Positions 1-7,765 of a stretch of DNA of 54,750 nt are shown here, in pieces (the stretch's first letter is position 1; each line of letters opens with the position of its first letter). The translations under genes and the position numbers were made by a program. This DNA comes from a virus. Where the stretch lies: IMG/VR virus record IMGVR_UViG_3300022936_000001; one strand, 5' to 3'. A model generated the notes under the pieces. The model ran no database searches, had not been told where the DNA came from, and worked only from the letters and a program-made list of their open reading frames with translations.

Positions 1-127
1 ACCACAAAACTTTAAAGTAATACGTGCTGCCAGTAATCTTAAAGGCGGTAAAGCTATCCTGAAATTAAAACTAAAAACAGTCCGAAACCCGAACGGTGTA
101 GGCGGTACTTTAGGGGTGCGCGGCAGG
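1..127. repeat. Terminal overlap, copy 1 (identical to 54624..54750)
   Basis: Base-for-base identity of 1..127 with the last 127 nt of the window; identity stops exactly at the contig ends. Confidence 0.97.
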
Positions 128-2014
128 TTTGGAAAAGGCAGGGACGGCGACAGCGTACAGGATTTCGCTAATAACTTAGCATACAGTAACCCTAACGTGC
201 GCGAGTTCTACACCACCCCTGTTTTAACGGCTTCTAATCCATCGTATGAAGTGGATGCAACGTTAACTATAGATTTACCGGATTTAGACCGTGGCGAAGT
301 TTTATATTTCACGTTTATACATTTAGGTGCGGATAATAACTCGATAATCGCCTCTGACAATACTTTCGGAGAATGCGACCTGCAAATTATATATACAGAA
401 AACGCCTATAATATCGTAACCGATGCCGTGCGTTATATTGATGCGATTAAATACGTGGCATTATCTACTGCCGGGATGCAGGTAAATGCGCCTCGCTTTG
501 AATATGGCGGCGAATTTTACGACCAGTTTATCACGAATGCGCAATTAATGCGGGGATTAAACCGACCGTTTTATTTGTCGTTTAAAGATATTTTAGATAA
601 ACAATTACGCCCTGAATTAAATGGGGATTTTCAGGTTATAGAAAGCGGTCAGATATTTATCGGGTTACGTCCTGATTTTTACCGCGAGGTTAATATCGGT
701 ACGTTTTTAGTCAGGCAGTACGACACGTTCAGGAATTTAATTATAAATGATAGGTACGCCTGTAACAAATTAAATATAGCGTTCACTAATTATGCCTCAC
801 AGAAGGAATCAGTTGCCGGTAATACGCTGGATATTGTTCACGGCGAATCTGAAAATTATATCCCTAACGACATCGTATCGAATACCAGAGAAATAACAAT
901 AGGAATAATTAGAGATCCGTTTCTGATACAGGATATGCTCGATAAAATTGCTGATTCCCTTAAAAATACAGATACCGCGACGCAGGATGATGATAAATTA
1001 GTTATGGTAGATGCGGTTAATTTTACACCCGCCCCGATTACAGAAACATCACAGTTAGAACATGACGCGGTATATTTCGTGAGGCTGATTTTAAGGAATG
1101 ATTTATCATTTAGCTGGGTAAGGCTCGGTTTAGCGGTTGGAAGTGATTTTACGATACTTTCAGGGTTAAATGCAGGAGTATTTACCGTAGAGAGTTTCAC
1201 GGATCAAACACTAACACTGTACAGGCAGGACAGCAATCAGGTTATTTTAGACGGTCTGGATATATCGACTAAATACCGATACATAACCACAGGCGTAAAT
1301 CTTAAGATGCGCACCAACGAGGGTTTTACTATTATCAGGAATTTAGCGGAGGGTAATAATTATGGAAACCTACGATTTACCGATGCCCGTATATTACGTG
1401 ATTATTATAATTCCGAAGCCGCCACGATGCTGATGAATAATCCATTGCCGGTAAAAAATACTAAATATTTGTACAACCGTGATGCAGTTACGCAGTTTCA
1501 CGGTAGCACAGTAATAACCGAGGGTGAATCATGGATACCTACCGGTGCGATATTAACGCAGTTTAAATTTAGCTGCGAACTCCAATTAAATATTAAAGAA
1601 TATTTCACACTACAGAACGCGGTTAAAACGCAGCGTGGGTATATTGAAACCTACGACCAGGACGGTTTAATAATTCAGGGTTACCCAACCTCTTTAGAAT
1701 GGACAGGGTTAATTTTTGGTACAGAAACACCTGAAGAATTTGGAGGTGTAATGAAAGGTGAGTTTGAGGAGCGATATAACCAGTTTCAGGTACAGATAAC
1801 AGCGGAGGGTGTTAATAAGGTAATAAACGGCGTATCGTACCCGAATGGTTTTACGTACCGCGTTGACGGCTTAGGATACGTGAAATTAATGGATCATAAC
1901 GGTAAAAAAATATTGCCACCTGTACTATACAACCGTATTAGGGTTAATGATAGTCAGGCGGCAGTAAGCGCGCAGGAAATTAGCGGGTGGTTGAATATGT
2001 TTTCGGTGCGTTAA
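2..2014 (+). CDS. 3' part of wrap-around tail structural protein (885 aa when joined to 53983..54750; distal-tail/baseplate candidate)
   Basis: The ORF starting at ATG 53983 runs off the window end without a stop. Position 54750 corresponds to 127 and the next codon (128) is in the same frame as track ORF 116..2014, whose first 'M' is an internal GTG. Lies in the tail module downstream of the tape measure. Confidence 0.8.
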   Translation, partial: PQNFKVIRAASNLKGGKAILKLKLKTVRNPNGVGGTLGVRGRFGKGRDGDSVQDFANNLAYSNPNVREFYTTPVLTASNPSYEVDATLTIDLPDLDRGEVLYFTFIHLGADNNSIIASDNTFGECDLQIIYTENAYNIVTDAVRYIDAIKYVALSTAGMQVNAPRFEYGGEFYDQFITNAQLMRGLNRPFYLSFKDILDKQLRPELNGDFQVIESGQIFIGLRPDFYREVNIGTFLVRQYDTFRNLIINDRYACNKLNIAFTNYASQKESVAGNTLDIVHGESENYIPNDIVSNTREITIGIIRDPFLIQDMLDKIADSLKNTDTATQDDDKLVMVDAVNFTPAPITETSQLEHDAVYFVRLILRNDLSFSWVRLGLAVGSDFTILSGLNAGVFTVESFTDQTLTLYRQDSNQVILDGLDISTKYRYITTGVNLKMRTNEGFTIIRNLAEGNNYGNLRFTDARILRDYYNSEAATMLMNNPLPVKNTKYLYNRDAVTQFHGSTVITEGESWIPTGAILTQFKFSCELQLNIKEYFTLQNAVKTQRGYIETYDQDGLIIQGYPTSLEWTGLIFGTETPEEFGGVMKGEFEERYNQFQVQITAEGVNKVINGVSYPNGFTYRVDGLGYVKLMDHNGKKILPPVLYNRIRVNDSQAAVSAQEISGWLNMFSVR

Positions 2015-2015
2015 T

Positions 2016-2411
2016 TTAATTACACTCCGTTAATAATGTCTCTCGTGAAAATTGTTTTTGCATATATTTTTCTAAATCCATTTCCGTTACAAACTTAAAT
2101 TCATATTTTTCGTTTGATGTAAAAGGAAAATAAAAATCTCCATTAAAACCAAACCGGCCCACAGATGCGCTATATGTTAAAACGGGATATTCATAATATG
2201 GGTATTCGTCTTGTTTTCTGATACATTCAAAAACAGCAAAGGATTCAGTAAAACTATTACCGCCTTTAATTTTTATAGTATACATTATAGATTCTTCTTT
2301 ACGGAATTCATTGGGGGCTAAAAGATTTTTTATTATAATGTAATTGTAAATACCATCTGTTAATTCAAACTTTCTATCAAAAGGCAATCTTCGGAAGTCT
2401 CTATTTTTCAT
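2016..2411 (-). CDS. hypothetical protein (131 aa), last gene of minus-strand cargo operon
   Basis: Track ORF; ATGA start/stop overlap with the upstream small ORF; convergent with the tail gene with a 1-nt gap. Confidence 0.65.
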   Translation of the reverse strand: MKNRDFRRLPFDRKFELTDGIYNYIIIKNLLAPNEFRKEESIMYTIKIKGGNSFTESFAVFECIRKQDEYPYYEYPVLTYSASVGRFGFNGDFYFPFTSNEKYEFKFVTEMDLEKYMQKQFSRETLLTECN

Positions 2412-2575
2412 TTCCTCTTTTTCTTTTTAGGTTGTAAATGTGTCTTTTTATTTCGGTTTTTTCGTGTGCTGTTGTTTTTGAAACCTTGAATTATTGCGTC
2501 GGCTGTTTTTGTTACAGAATCAAATATTTTTTGTTCTCGTTCAGCTTTTCGAGGGTCGTATTCGTAGTGATACAT
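2408..2575 (-). CDS. hypothetical small basic protein (55 aa, K/R-rich C-terminus)
   Basis: Hand translation MYHYEYDPRKAEREQKIFDS...KKKKRK; its TGA overlaps the ATG of 2016..2411 (ATGA); below the track cut-off. Confidence 0.45.
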   Translation of the reverse strand: MYHYEYDPRKAEREQKIFDSVTKTADAIIQGFKNNSTRKNRNKKTHLQPKKKKRK

Positions 2576-2582
2576 TTCGATG

Positions 2583-2960
2583 TTATTTTAGTTTTTTAAG
2601 TTCAATATCTACAGAATCCGTATATTTTTTAAGTAATGCTAAATTTAACTTAGCTTGCCTATCGTGTTTTTTATAAGTCCTGTTTAACTTCGTATTTTCT
2701 GCCAGAATATCATCCCTTTCATAATTTCCTGACCTTGCTTTAGCTTCAAGTACAGGCTGCTCAAATAAAACTATATCTTGGCATTTATCAAAATGGTACT
2801 GAACTACCGATTTTATGCTATCTGCTTCGTGCTTATATAAATCCAATTTAAAAGTATTCGCTACAGGCGGCTCATAAGCTAATTTTACAGATAGTTTTTC
2901 TATTTTAGAATCTTTGCACGAATACATCGCGGCTAAGGCAATTAATAATAGGTATTTCAT
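2583..2960 (-). CDS. probable lipoprotein (125 aa)
   Basis: N-terminus MKYLLLIALAAMYSCKDSK: charged n-region, hydrophobic core, Cys after a small residue. Confidence 0.65.
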   Translation of the reverse strand: MKYLLLIALAAMYSCKDSKIEKLSVKLAYEPPVANTFKLDLYKHEADSIKSVVQYHFDKCQDIVLFEQPVLEAKARSGNYERDDILAENTKLNRTYKKHDRQAKLNLALLKKYTDSVDIELKKLK

Positions 2961-2978
2961 AATTTTAATTTTTAATAA

Positions 2979-3155
2979 TTAACATTTACAATCTCCAAAT
3001 TCTACATCATAGGAATTTAATCCAGTTTCGTGTATATCTCCTTTTGACGTAGCTTTTTCTATATTTTTATGCCACTTTTTATCTTTTTCAGGATTTGCGT
3101 TTGCTGCGTATACTGCTTTACAAGTTCCGCACGCTAAGGTTTCTGTTTTTCCCAT
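2979..3155 (-). CDS. hypothetical small Cys-containing protein (58 aa)
   Basis: Hand translation MGKTETLACGTCKAVYAANANPEKDKKWHK...EFGDCKC; CxxC near the N-terminus and CxC at the C-terminus; packed in the operon. Confidence 0.45.
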   Translation of the reverse strand: MGKTETLACGTCKAVYAANANPEKDKKWHKNIEKATSKGDIHETGLNSYDVEFGDCKC

Positions 3156-3156
3156 T

Positions 3157-3276
3157 TTATTCTAAATTTATTATTTTTTCGTAGTTAGGATTTTCCCCGT
3201 AATCTGTAAATAAATTACTTAAAGGTAGTGCGTAATTTGGGTCGGGGTGGGTTTGGGTTATTTCAATAGTTATCAT
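3157..3276 (-). CDS. hypothetical very small protein (39 aa)
   Basis: Hand translation MITIEITQTHPDPNYALPLSNLF...; stop lies 1 nt before the next ATG. Confidence 0.3.
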   Translation of the reverse strand: MITIEITQTHPDPNYALPLSNLFTDYGENPNYEKIINLE

Positions 3277-3278
3277 AG

Positions 3279-3446
3279 CTATATTTTTTTATTATGTTCG
3301 GCTATTTCATTATGGAGTTTTAAAGGCATGTTGCTCATTATAGAAACCCTTATTTGAGAATTAGGATTATCTTTCATTAACTGTCTAATCTTATTAGGCG
3401 TTATGTTTTCAATTCTGCCTTGAATGTTTATCTGATACTTAGCCAT
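3279..3446 (-). CDS. hypothetical small protein (55 aa)
   Basis: Hand translation MAKYQINIQGRIENITPNKIRQLMKDNPNSQIRVSIMSNMPLKLHNEIAEHNKKI; tight packing. Confidence 0.4.
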   Translation of the reverse strand: MAKYQINIQGRIENITPNKIRQLMKDNPNSQIRVSIMSNMPLKLHNEIAEHNKKI

Positions 3447-3450
3447 AACT

Positions 3451-3786
3451 TTAAGATTTATAATTTTTAATGAAATCCGCTACAGCAGCATAGGCGGCTT
3501 GTATTTTTGTTTCCGATTTTGAATCACATAATGCGGGCGAATTAAAACCATCATCAAGATATATCTGCGCGCGATGCCTGCATATCTGAAACTTATAACC
3601 CAAAGATTCTATTTTCTCTATTACAGGCATTAGATCATCCCATTTAATATCTGGATTATACGGACGACCTTGATTACACTCTAAAAAAGTATCGTACTCT
3701 ATTACATTGTTTCCGCACCATTCCTCATGCTGCCCATCGTAACCCATAAACTCCGAGATTAGTTTATTATTTTCTGTTGTATTCAT
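3451..3786 (-). CDS. hypothetical protein (111 aa)
   Basis: Track ORF, same-strand packing in the cargo operon. Confidence 0.6.
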   Translation of the reverse strand: MNTTENNKLISEFMGYDGQHEEWCGNNVIEYDTFLECNQGRPYNPDIKWDDLMPVIEKIESLGYKFQICRHRAQIYLDDGFNSPALCDSKSETKIQAAYAAVADFIKNYKS

Positions 3787-3789
3787 TTC

Positions 3790-4083
3790 TTAAATTTTTA
3801 TTTTATTAAAAATACTCTCTAAGCATTCTCTGTAAACCGAATTTATCTCCTCAGAATTAACTATTTTTAATTGTTGGTCTAATAGGTTTTTCCGTCTCTC
3901 ATCGATGCTTAATGCTCTATAAGAATAACTGTCTGAATCGCAAACAGAAATAAATTTACGTTTACCTTTTTCGCATTTGTATATAAAAATATTAGTATAA
4001 GAATTAAAACTATCAATACTAATACTTACCGATATTTTTATCTTACTACCATCAGGGCGTATTAATGTTTTTTCTGCATTCAT
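3790..4083 (-). CDS. hypothetical protein (97 aa)
   Basis: Track ORF; its ATG overlaps the stop of the upstream ORF (ATGA). Confidence 0.6.
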   Translation of the reverse strand: MNAEKTLIRPDGSKIKISVSISIDSFNSYTNIFIYKCEKGKRKFISVCDSDSYSYRALSIDERRKNLLDQQLKIVNSEEINSVYRECLESIFNKIKI

Positions 4084-4220
4084 TTCTTAAACTTATTTAA
4101 ATACCTGTTAAACAATACTGATATATGCGCTGCCCTCGATACCGGTAAGCGGAATGTTTGTGGTTTGGTAGGCTCTCCGAAGCCTTCTTTACGTCCGGCG
4201 TTTTTTGGGTTTTTTTTCAT
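4080..4220 (-). CDS. small ribbon-helix-helix-like DNA-binding protein candidate (46 aa)
   Basis: Hand translation MKKNPKNAGRKEGFGEPTKPQTFRLPVSRAAHISVLFNRYLNKFKK: basic G-R-K arm, short beta-strand-like TFRLPV, then a helix. Same architecture as 32742..32951 and the N-terminus of 34824..35147. Confidence 0.4.
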   Translation of the reverse strand: MKKNPKNAGRKEGFGEPTKPQTFRLPVSRAAHISVLFNRYLNKFKK

Positions 4221-4528
4221 TTATTTGTTTATTTTTATTTCATTACCTATATCAAAACTATCCCATTCACTTTCAGAGACAGTAATGCTTTGAGTAGTAT
4301 AGTCTCCATTTCTTAACTTACCTTTAATTTTTATACTCCATCTTTCTGGGACATAGTGAACTATGGGGGGGTAAAAAATCCACCTGATTTACCCATACTA
4401 TGCCAAATCATAGTAGTATAAGAATATGCATCTCTATGAGATTTACCTACTACTGTTCCGCTGCTTAGTTTTTCGCAGCTAAGGCATAGGAAAATAAAAA
4501 TACTTATTATAAATAACTTTAATTTCAT
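4221..4528 (-). CDS. lipoprotein gene interrupted at a C7 homopolymer (55-aa 0-frame product; 102 aa if shifted -1)
   Basis: MKLKLFIISIFIFLCLSCEK... lipobox. The 0-frame reads ACC CCC CCA TAG at 4361..4372. The -1 frame continues IVHYVPERWSIKIKGKLRNGDYTTQSITVSESEWDSFDIGNEIKINK with no start codon of its own, and its stop abuts the next ATG. Confidence 0.6.
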
Positions 4529-4544
4529 ATCGTTTTATTTTTCA

Positions 4545-4552
4545 CAAATATA
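4545..4552 (-). promoter_or_regulatory. Bacteroidota-type -7 promoter box (TATATTTG on minus strand) for cargo operon 4528->2016
   Basis: TAnnTTTG motif 16 nt upstream of ATG 4528. Confidence 0.5.
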
Positions 4553-4639
4553 CACCTTTATTTTAATTACGTACACATAATTTAATTTATTTTTTACATA
4601 TCTTTTTATTCGGTATATTTACACCCGAACGTTTATACT

Positions 4640-6007
4640 ATGCAGCAACCCACATTCATATCGTTATACAACACCCTTGACGAGGCTATGTACTACCGTA
4701 ACAGTCCGTTTATGGATATATACTGTTTTGAGGGCGTGCAGCTGTTACCAACAACGACATACAGGTATATTCAGCGCACCTATGCGCCTGATGGTATCGA
4801 ACTGGAAATTAACGATGCTGTTTTACGGGATATATGCGGCAATGCCCTTGCATTTATACCTGTAGAGTGCTTTGAGATAATCCAGACGTTTAATGACTAC
4901 CTTACAGGTTTACCGCAAGTAGATTGGTCATTTATGCCAATTACGGATTTAGATTTTGGTTTACAGCCTGTATATATTGAGTTTCGGCAGGCTGCAGGCT
5001 CTATATTCAGCACGCCATTTTATTTAACGCAGGACAACGCCGAATATACTACCCGAATAGATTACCGAAACAACGTAGACGACACTATGCTGTCTACACA
5101 GCTATTCATTTGGTTCAGGCAGAAAAAATCAGACCTCACTTTAGTTAATTATAAACAAATCGGCAGCGGTAAAGAAACCAATCGCGTTAGCCAAATTAGT
5201 AAATACGAACGCTGGCAAACAGGGGTAATCGATATTGAGGTTTTCGAGCGTTTTAAGGAAATATTCAGAAATCAATATGTATATGTAGATTTACAGGCGA
5301 CCGACCTGAAAGAAGCACCTGAAACACCTGATACCGAGGGGCGCGAGAATTTTATAGAATCAGAGGTTTTACTTTTACGTGATCCGTTCGATGTATACGA
5401 TCCTAATTATGTGCCGCCGATACCACCTGATCCGCCTTTACCGGTATACGAGATAATTTTATCGAGTGTAGAATCTTTAAATCAGAATGTAGTTCAGTAT
5501 GCCCACGAGCAGGTAGGATTTAATCCTGATATACTTCAATTTCAATGGAGTATCGATGGCGTGACGTGGAGTGATACAATGAGTGTTAGTAACACGTCTT
5601 TTCCTGAAAATATAGTAGGAGTTCCTGATCACATAAATGCAGGATTTTACTATAGTGTTTACGACCCTGTGACAGGTACGCGTTCAAACGTGTTACAGTT
5701 AGAACCGTTTGTTATCAATTTAACACAGTTACAAACTCAGGATGCTAAATTCAATGGTTCGCCTGTAAATATTACTGTTTATTTCAACGCTAATTTCACG
5801 CCTGCTCCGGGGACTGGATTTAATATTCAGTATTTCGACAGCGGTACAGGTTCTTGGCAAAACAGATATTTTGGAGCCGCAACATCGCCGCAGGTTATAC
5901 AGACCTATGCAACAAGCGGGGATAATAATGTTTTCCAGGTTCGCGTGGTATACGATCCTTATGGGTTGGTATCAAATACGCTTTCATTAACAGTACCCTT
6001 AACTTAA
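4640..6007 (+). CDS. tail/baseplate structural protein candidate (455 aa)
   Basis: Large track ORF at the head of the fibre gene block; function inferred from position only. Confidence 0.6.
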   Translation: MQQPTFISLYNTLDEAMYYRNSPFMDIYCFEGVQLLPTTTYRYIQRTYAPDGIELEINDAVLRDICGNALAFIPVECFEIIQTFNDYLTGLPQVDWSFMPITDLDFGLQPVYIEFRQAAGSIFSTPFYLTQDNAEYTTRIDYRNNVDDTMLSTQLFIWFRQKKSDLTLVNYKQIGSGKETNRVSQISKYERWQTGVIDIEVFERFKEIFRNQYVYVDLQATDLKEAPETPDTEGRENFIESEVLLLRDPFDVYDPNYVPPIPPDPPLPVYEIILSSVESLNQNVVQYAHEQVGFNPDILQFQWSIDGVTWSDTMSVSNTSFPENIVGVPDHINAGFYYSVYDPVTGTRSNVLQLEPFVINLTQLQTQDAKFNGSPVNITVYFNANFTPAPGTGFNIQYFDSGTGSWQNRYFGAATSPQVIQTYATSGDNNVFQVRVVYDPYGLVSNTLSLTVPLT

Positions 6008-6011
6008 TATT

Positions 6012-6869
6012 ATGCAGGTAGACAGATTAATAATTACCCGTAAATCAGCTAATCATTGGGTGTATGTATTGAATGATGAACCGGGAACACGGGATGCTAA
6101 CGCATACACAGGAAATCGTAATGGTAATTTCATTACTATAAATACTATTACCGGCGCAATAATATTACCGAGCGTATATTATGGAAACATATCGTATTAT
6201 GACCAAACAGATCCAGGCAACAACATGGTTAATCCTGTAAGTGCCGAGATATTACAGGGTTATTTAATAGCGCAGGGGTTTTTTAAAGATACAGTTTCGG
6301 GTGGTAGCGGAAGTGGTTCAGGCGGGGTAGATGAATTTAAGGAACTTATCGACGTTCAGATACCATCGTTCACAGGCAGAACAGGTCAGCTACTATACAT
6401 CGATGGCTTGTATGTTAAATCGATGGCTAATCCTTTAATGAGTATAAAATTACAGGATTTAGAGAATTGGCTGGGCGGTACATTACAGCCTAATCAGTAC
6501 ATTTTAAGCAGCAGCCAGATAAATCCTGATGGCAGCAGTATTGGTTTGGTACAGTCGAGCATAAACAATATTATAAACCGACCGCCTGCATTCAACGAGA
6601 TACGTATAGATTATAAAGGTTACAACTGGACGGCAGGCAATCCACCTACAGGTAATTTAGAAGAATATTCGATGCAGCCAGGGGACTTAATATCGAAATG
6701 GTTTATACTACCATATTCGGTAGGCAATCCTGAATACCCTTACGGCAGGATAGCATTTATGTTAAGTGGTAGATGGAATGGTGGCGACGTTAATTCACTT
6801 GATAGTTTCGCTGACGGGCATATCATATTATACCAACCATTCACTACGGATCCCGATTATATAACTTAA
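6012..6869 (+). CDS. tail fibre/baseplate protein candidate (285 aa) with internal Gly/Ser hinge
   Basis: Track ORF, 4-nt spacing from its neighbour; SGGSGSGSGG linker. Confidence 0.6.
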   Translation: MQVDRLIITRKSANHWVYVLNDEPGTRDANAYTGNRNGNFITINTITGAIILPSVYYGNISYYDQTDPGNNMVNPVSAEILQGYLIAQGFFKDTVSGGSGSGSGGVDEFKELIDVQIPSFTGRTGQLLYIDGLYVKSMANPLMSIKLQDLENWLGGTLQPNQYILSSSQINPDGSSIGLVQSSINNIINRPPAFNEIRIDYKGYNWTAGNPPTGNLEEYSMQPGDLISKWFILPYSVGNPEYPYGRIAFMLSGRWNGGDVNSLDSFADGHIILYQPFTTDPDYIT

Positions 6870-6879
6870 AATTAAAAAT

Positions 6880-7764
6880 ATGAAATTTAAAATATTAATA
6901 ATAATGCTGTTTATCAGTTTAGGATTACAGGCGCAAGACCTTACCGGTATTGTGCGCATGACGCGTGTTATGTTGCAGGCATCCGATACAACAGCATACA
7001 TTCCGATAGTAAAACAACGTGTAGGCGGCAGAATCGTTGAAGCCGATTGGTCGATGTTCGGCGGCAGCGGGGGTGGCGGCGGCTCATGCTCATTTACTCC
7101 AGAGCAATGTGAGGCTTTAGCAGCTTTAATTTACCGAAACTCTACATCAAGTATATCGGTTTTACCTACAGCGGGCGAACGCGGAGTATCAACAGCTATA
7201 ACACTAACCTATAATATAACCAGTAATCAGGACGTTTATACAGCAGCCTCAATTAATCAAGGCATAGGATCTGTTTTGTCTAATGTAAATGCCGGTAATG
7301 TAACTATTTCGGGTGGTAATAAATCGAATACTACAGCGTATACGTTGTCTATGACGTACACCCGAAACGGTGTGAGTACTAACGAAAGTAAAACCGCTAC
7401 CTATACAACCTATGTACCGCAATGGATAGGAGTAAGCACAGCGACTGATTTTACTACATACGCAGGTATAGCATCGGCAGGATTAGAAAAATTTGTGCAG
7501 GCATCACCATCATTGCAAAAAATAGTAAATCCATCAGCGCAATACGTTTATTTAATTAGTAATAATGCTGCGGCACGTGTTTATGATGGTAATAATTTTT
7601 TACAAACATCAGGAGCTTTCGGTGATGGTATAAGTGAGTTTTATACACGTAGTTTCAGTTTAACGTTAGCCGACGGCACAACAACTGGAACTGTTTATTT
7701 ATACCGAAGCCGTAACTTAAAAACTTTAACTAACATAACCTATAAACTCGCAATACCTAACTAA
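6880..7764 (+). CDS. tail-fibre-region protein with signal-peptide-like N-terminus (294 aa)
   Basis: MKFKILIIMLFISLGLQAQD N-terminus; GGSGGGGGS hinge; packed in the fibre block. Confidence 0.6.
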   Translation: MKFKILIIMLFISLGLQAQDLTGIVRMTRVMLQASDTTAYIPIVKQRVGGRIVEADWSMFGGSGGGGGSCSFTPEQCEALAALIYRNSTSSISVLPTAGERGVSTAITLTYNITSNQDVYTAASINQGIGSVLSNVNAGNVTISGGNKSNTTAYTLSMTYTRNGVSTNESKTATYTTYVPQWIGVSTATDFTTYAGIASAGLEKFVQASPSLQKIVNPSAQYVYLISNNAAARVYDGNNFLQTSGAFGDGISEFYTRSFSLTLADGTTTGTVYLYRSRNLKTLTNITYKLAIPN

Positions 7765-7765
7765 T

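Noticed and set aside
856-1200. Antisense or shadow ORFs inside large genes. Examples: 856..1200, 4677..4865, 8623..8829, 8837..9079, 11839..12024, 11991..12182, 12424..12684, 13783..13992, 15527..15748, 18201..18488, 18876..19073, 19296..19601, 20560..20796, 21659..21889, 23957..24310, 24355..24555, 24746..24982, 25621..25902
   Set aside because: They lie fully within and opposite to, or out of frame with, long ORFs that carry recognisable motifs or fit operon packing. Their sequences are low-complexity or Cys/Ser/Leu-rich, as expected for shadow frames, and they have no promoter boxes.
116-2014. Track ORF 116..2014 treated as a complete gene starting at codon 116
   Set aside because: Codon 116 is GTG inside a longer open frame that continues from 53983 across the circular junction. 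The real start is ATG 53983.
4565-4578. TTACGTA-containing sequence near the island A promoter as a second copy of the 19911..19920 operator
   Set aside because: Only the 6-bp core TACGTA is palindromic here (flanks T/C do not pair). That is too short to distinguish from chance in AT-rich DNA.
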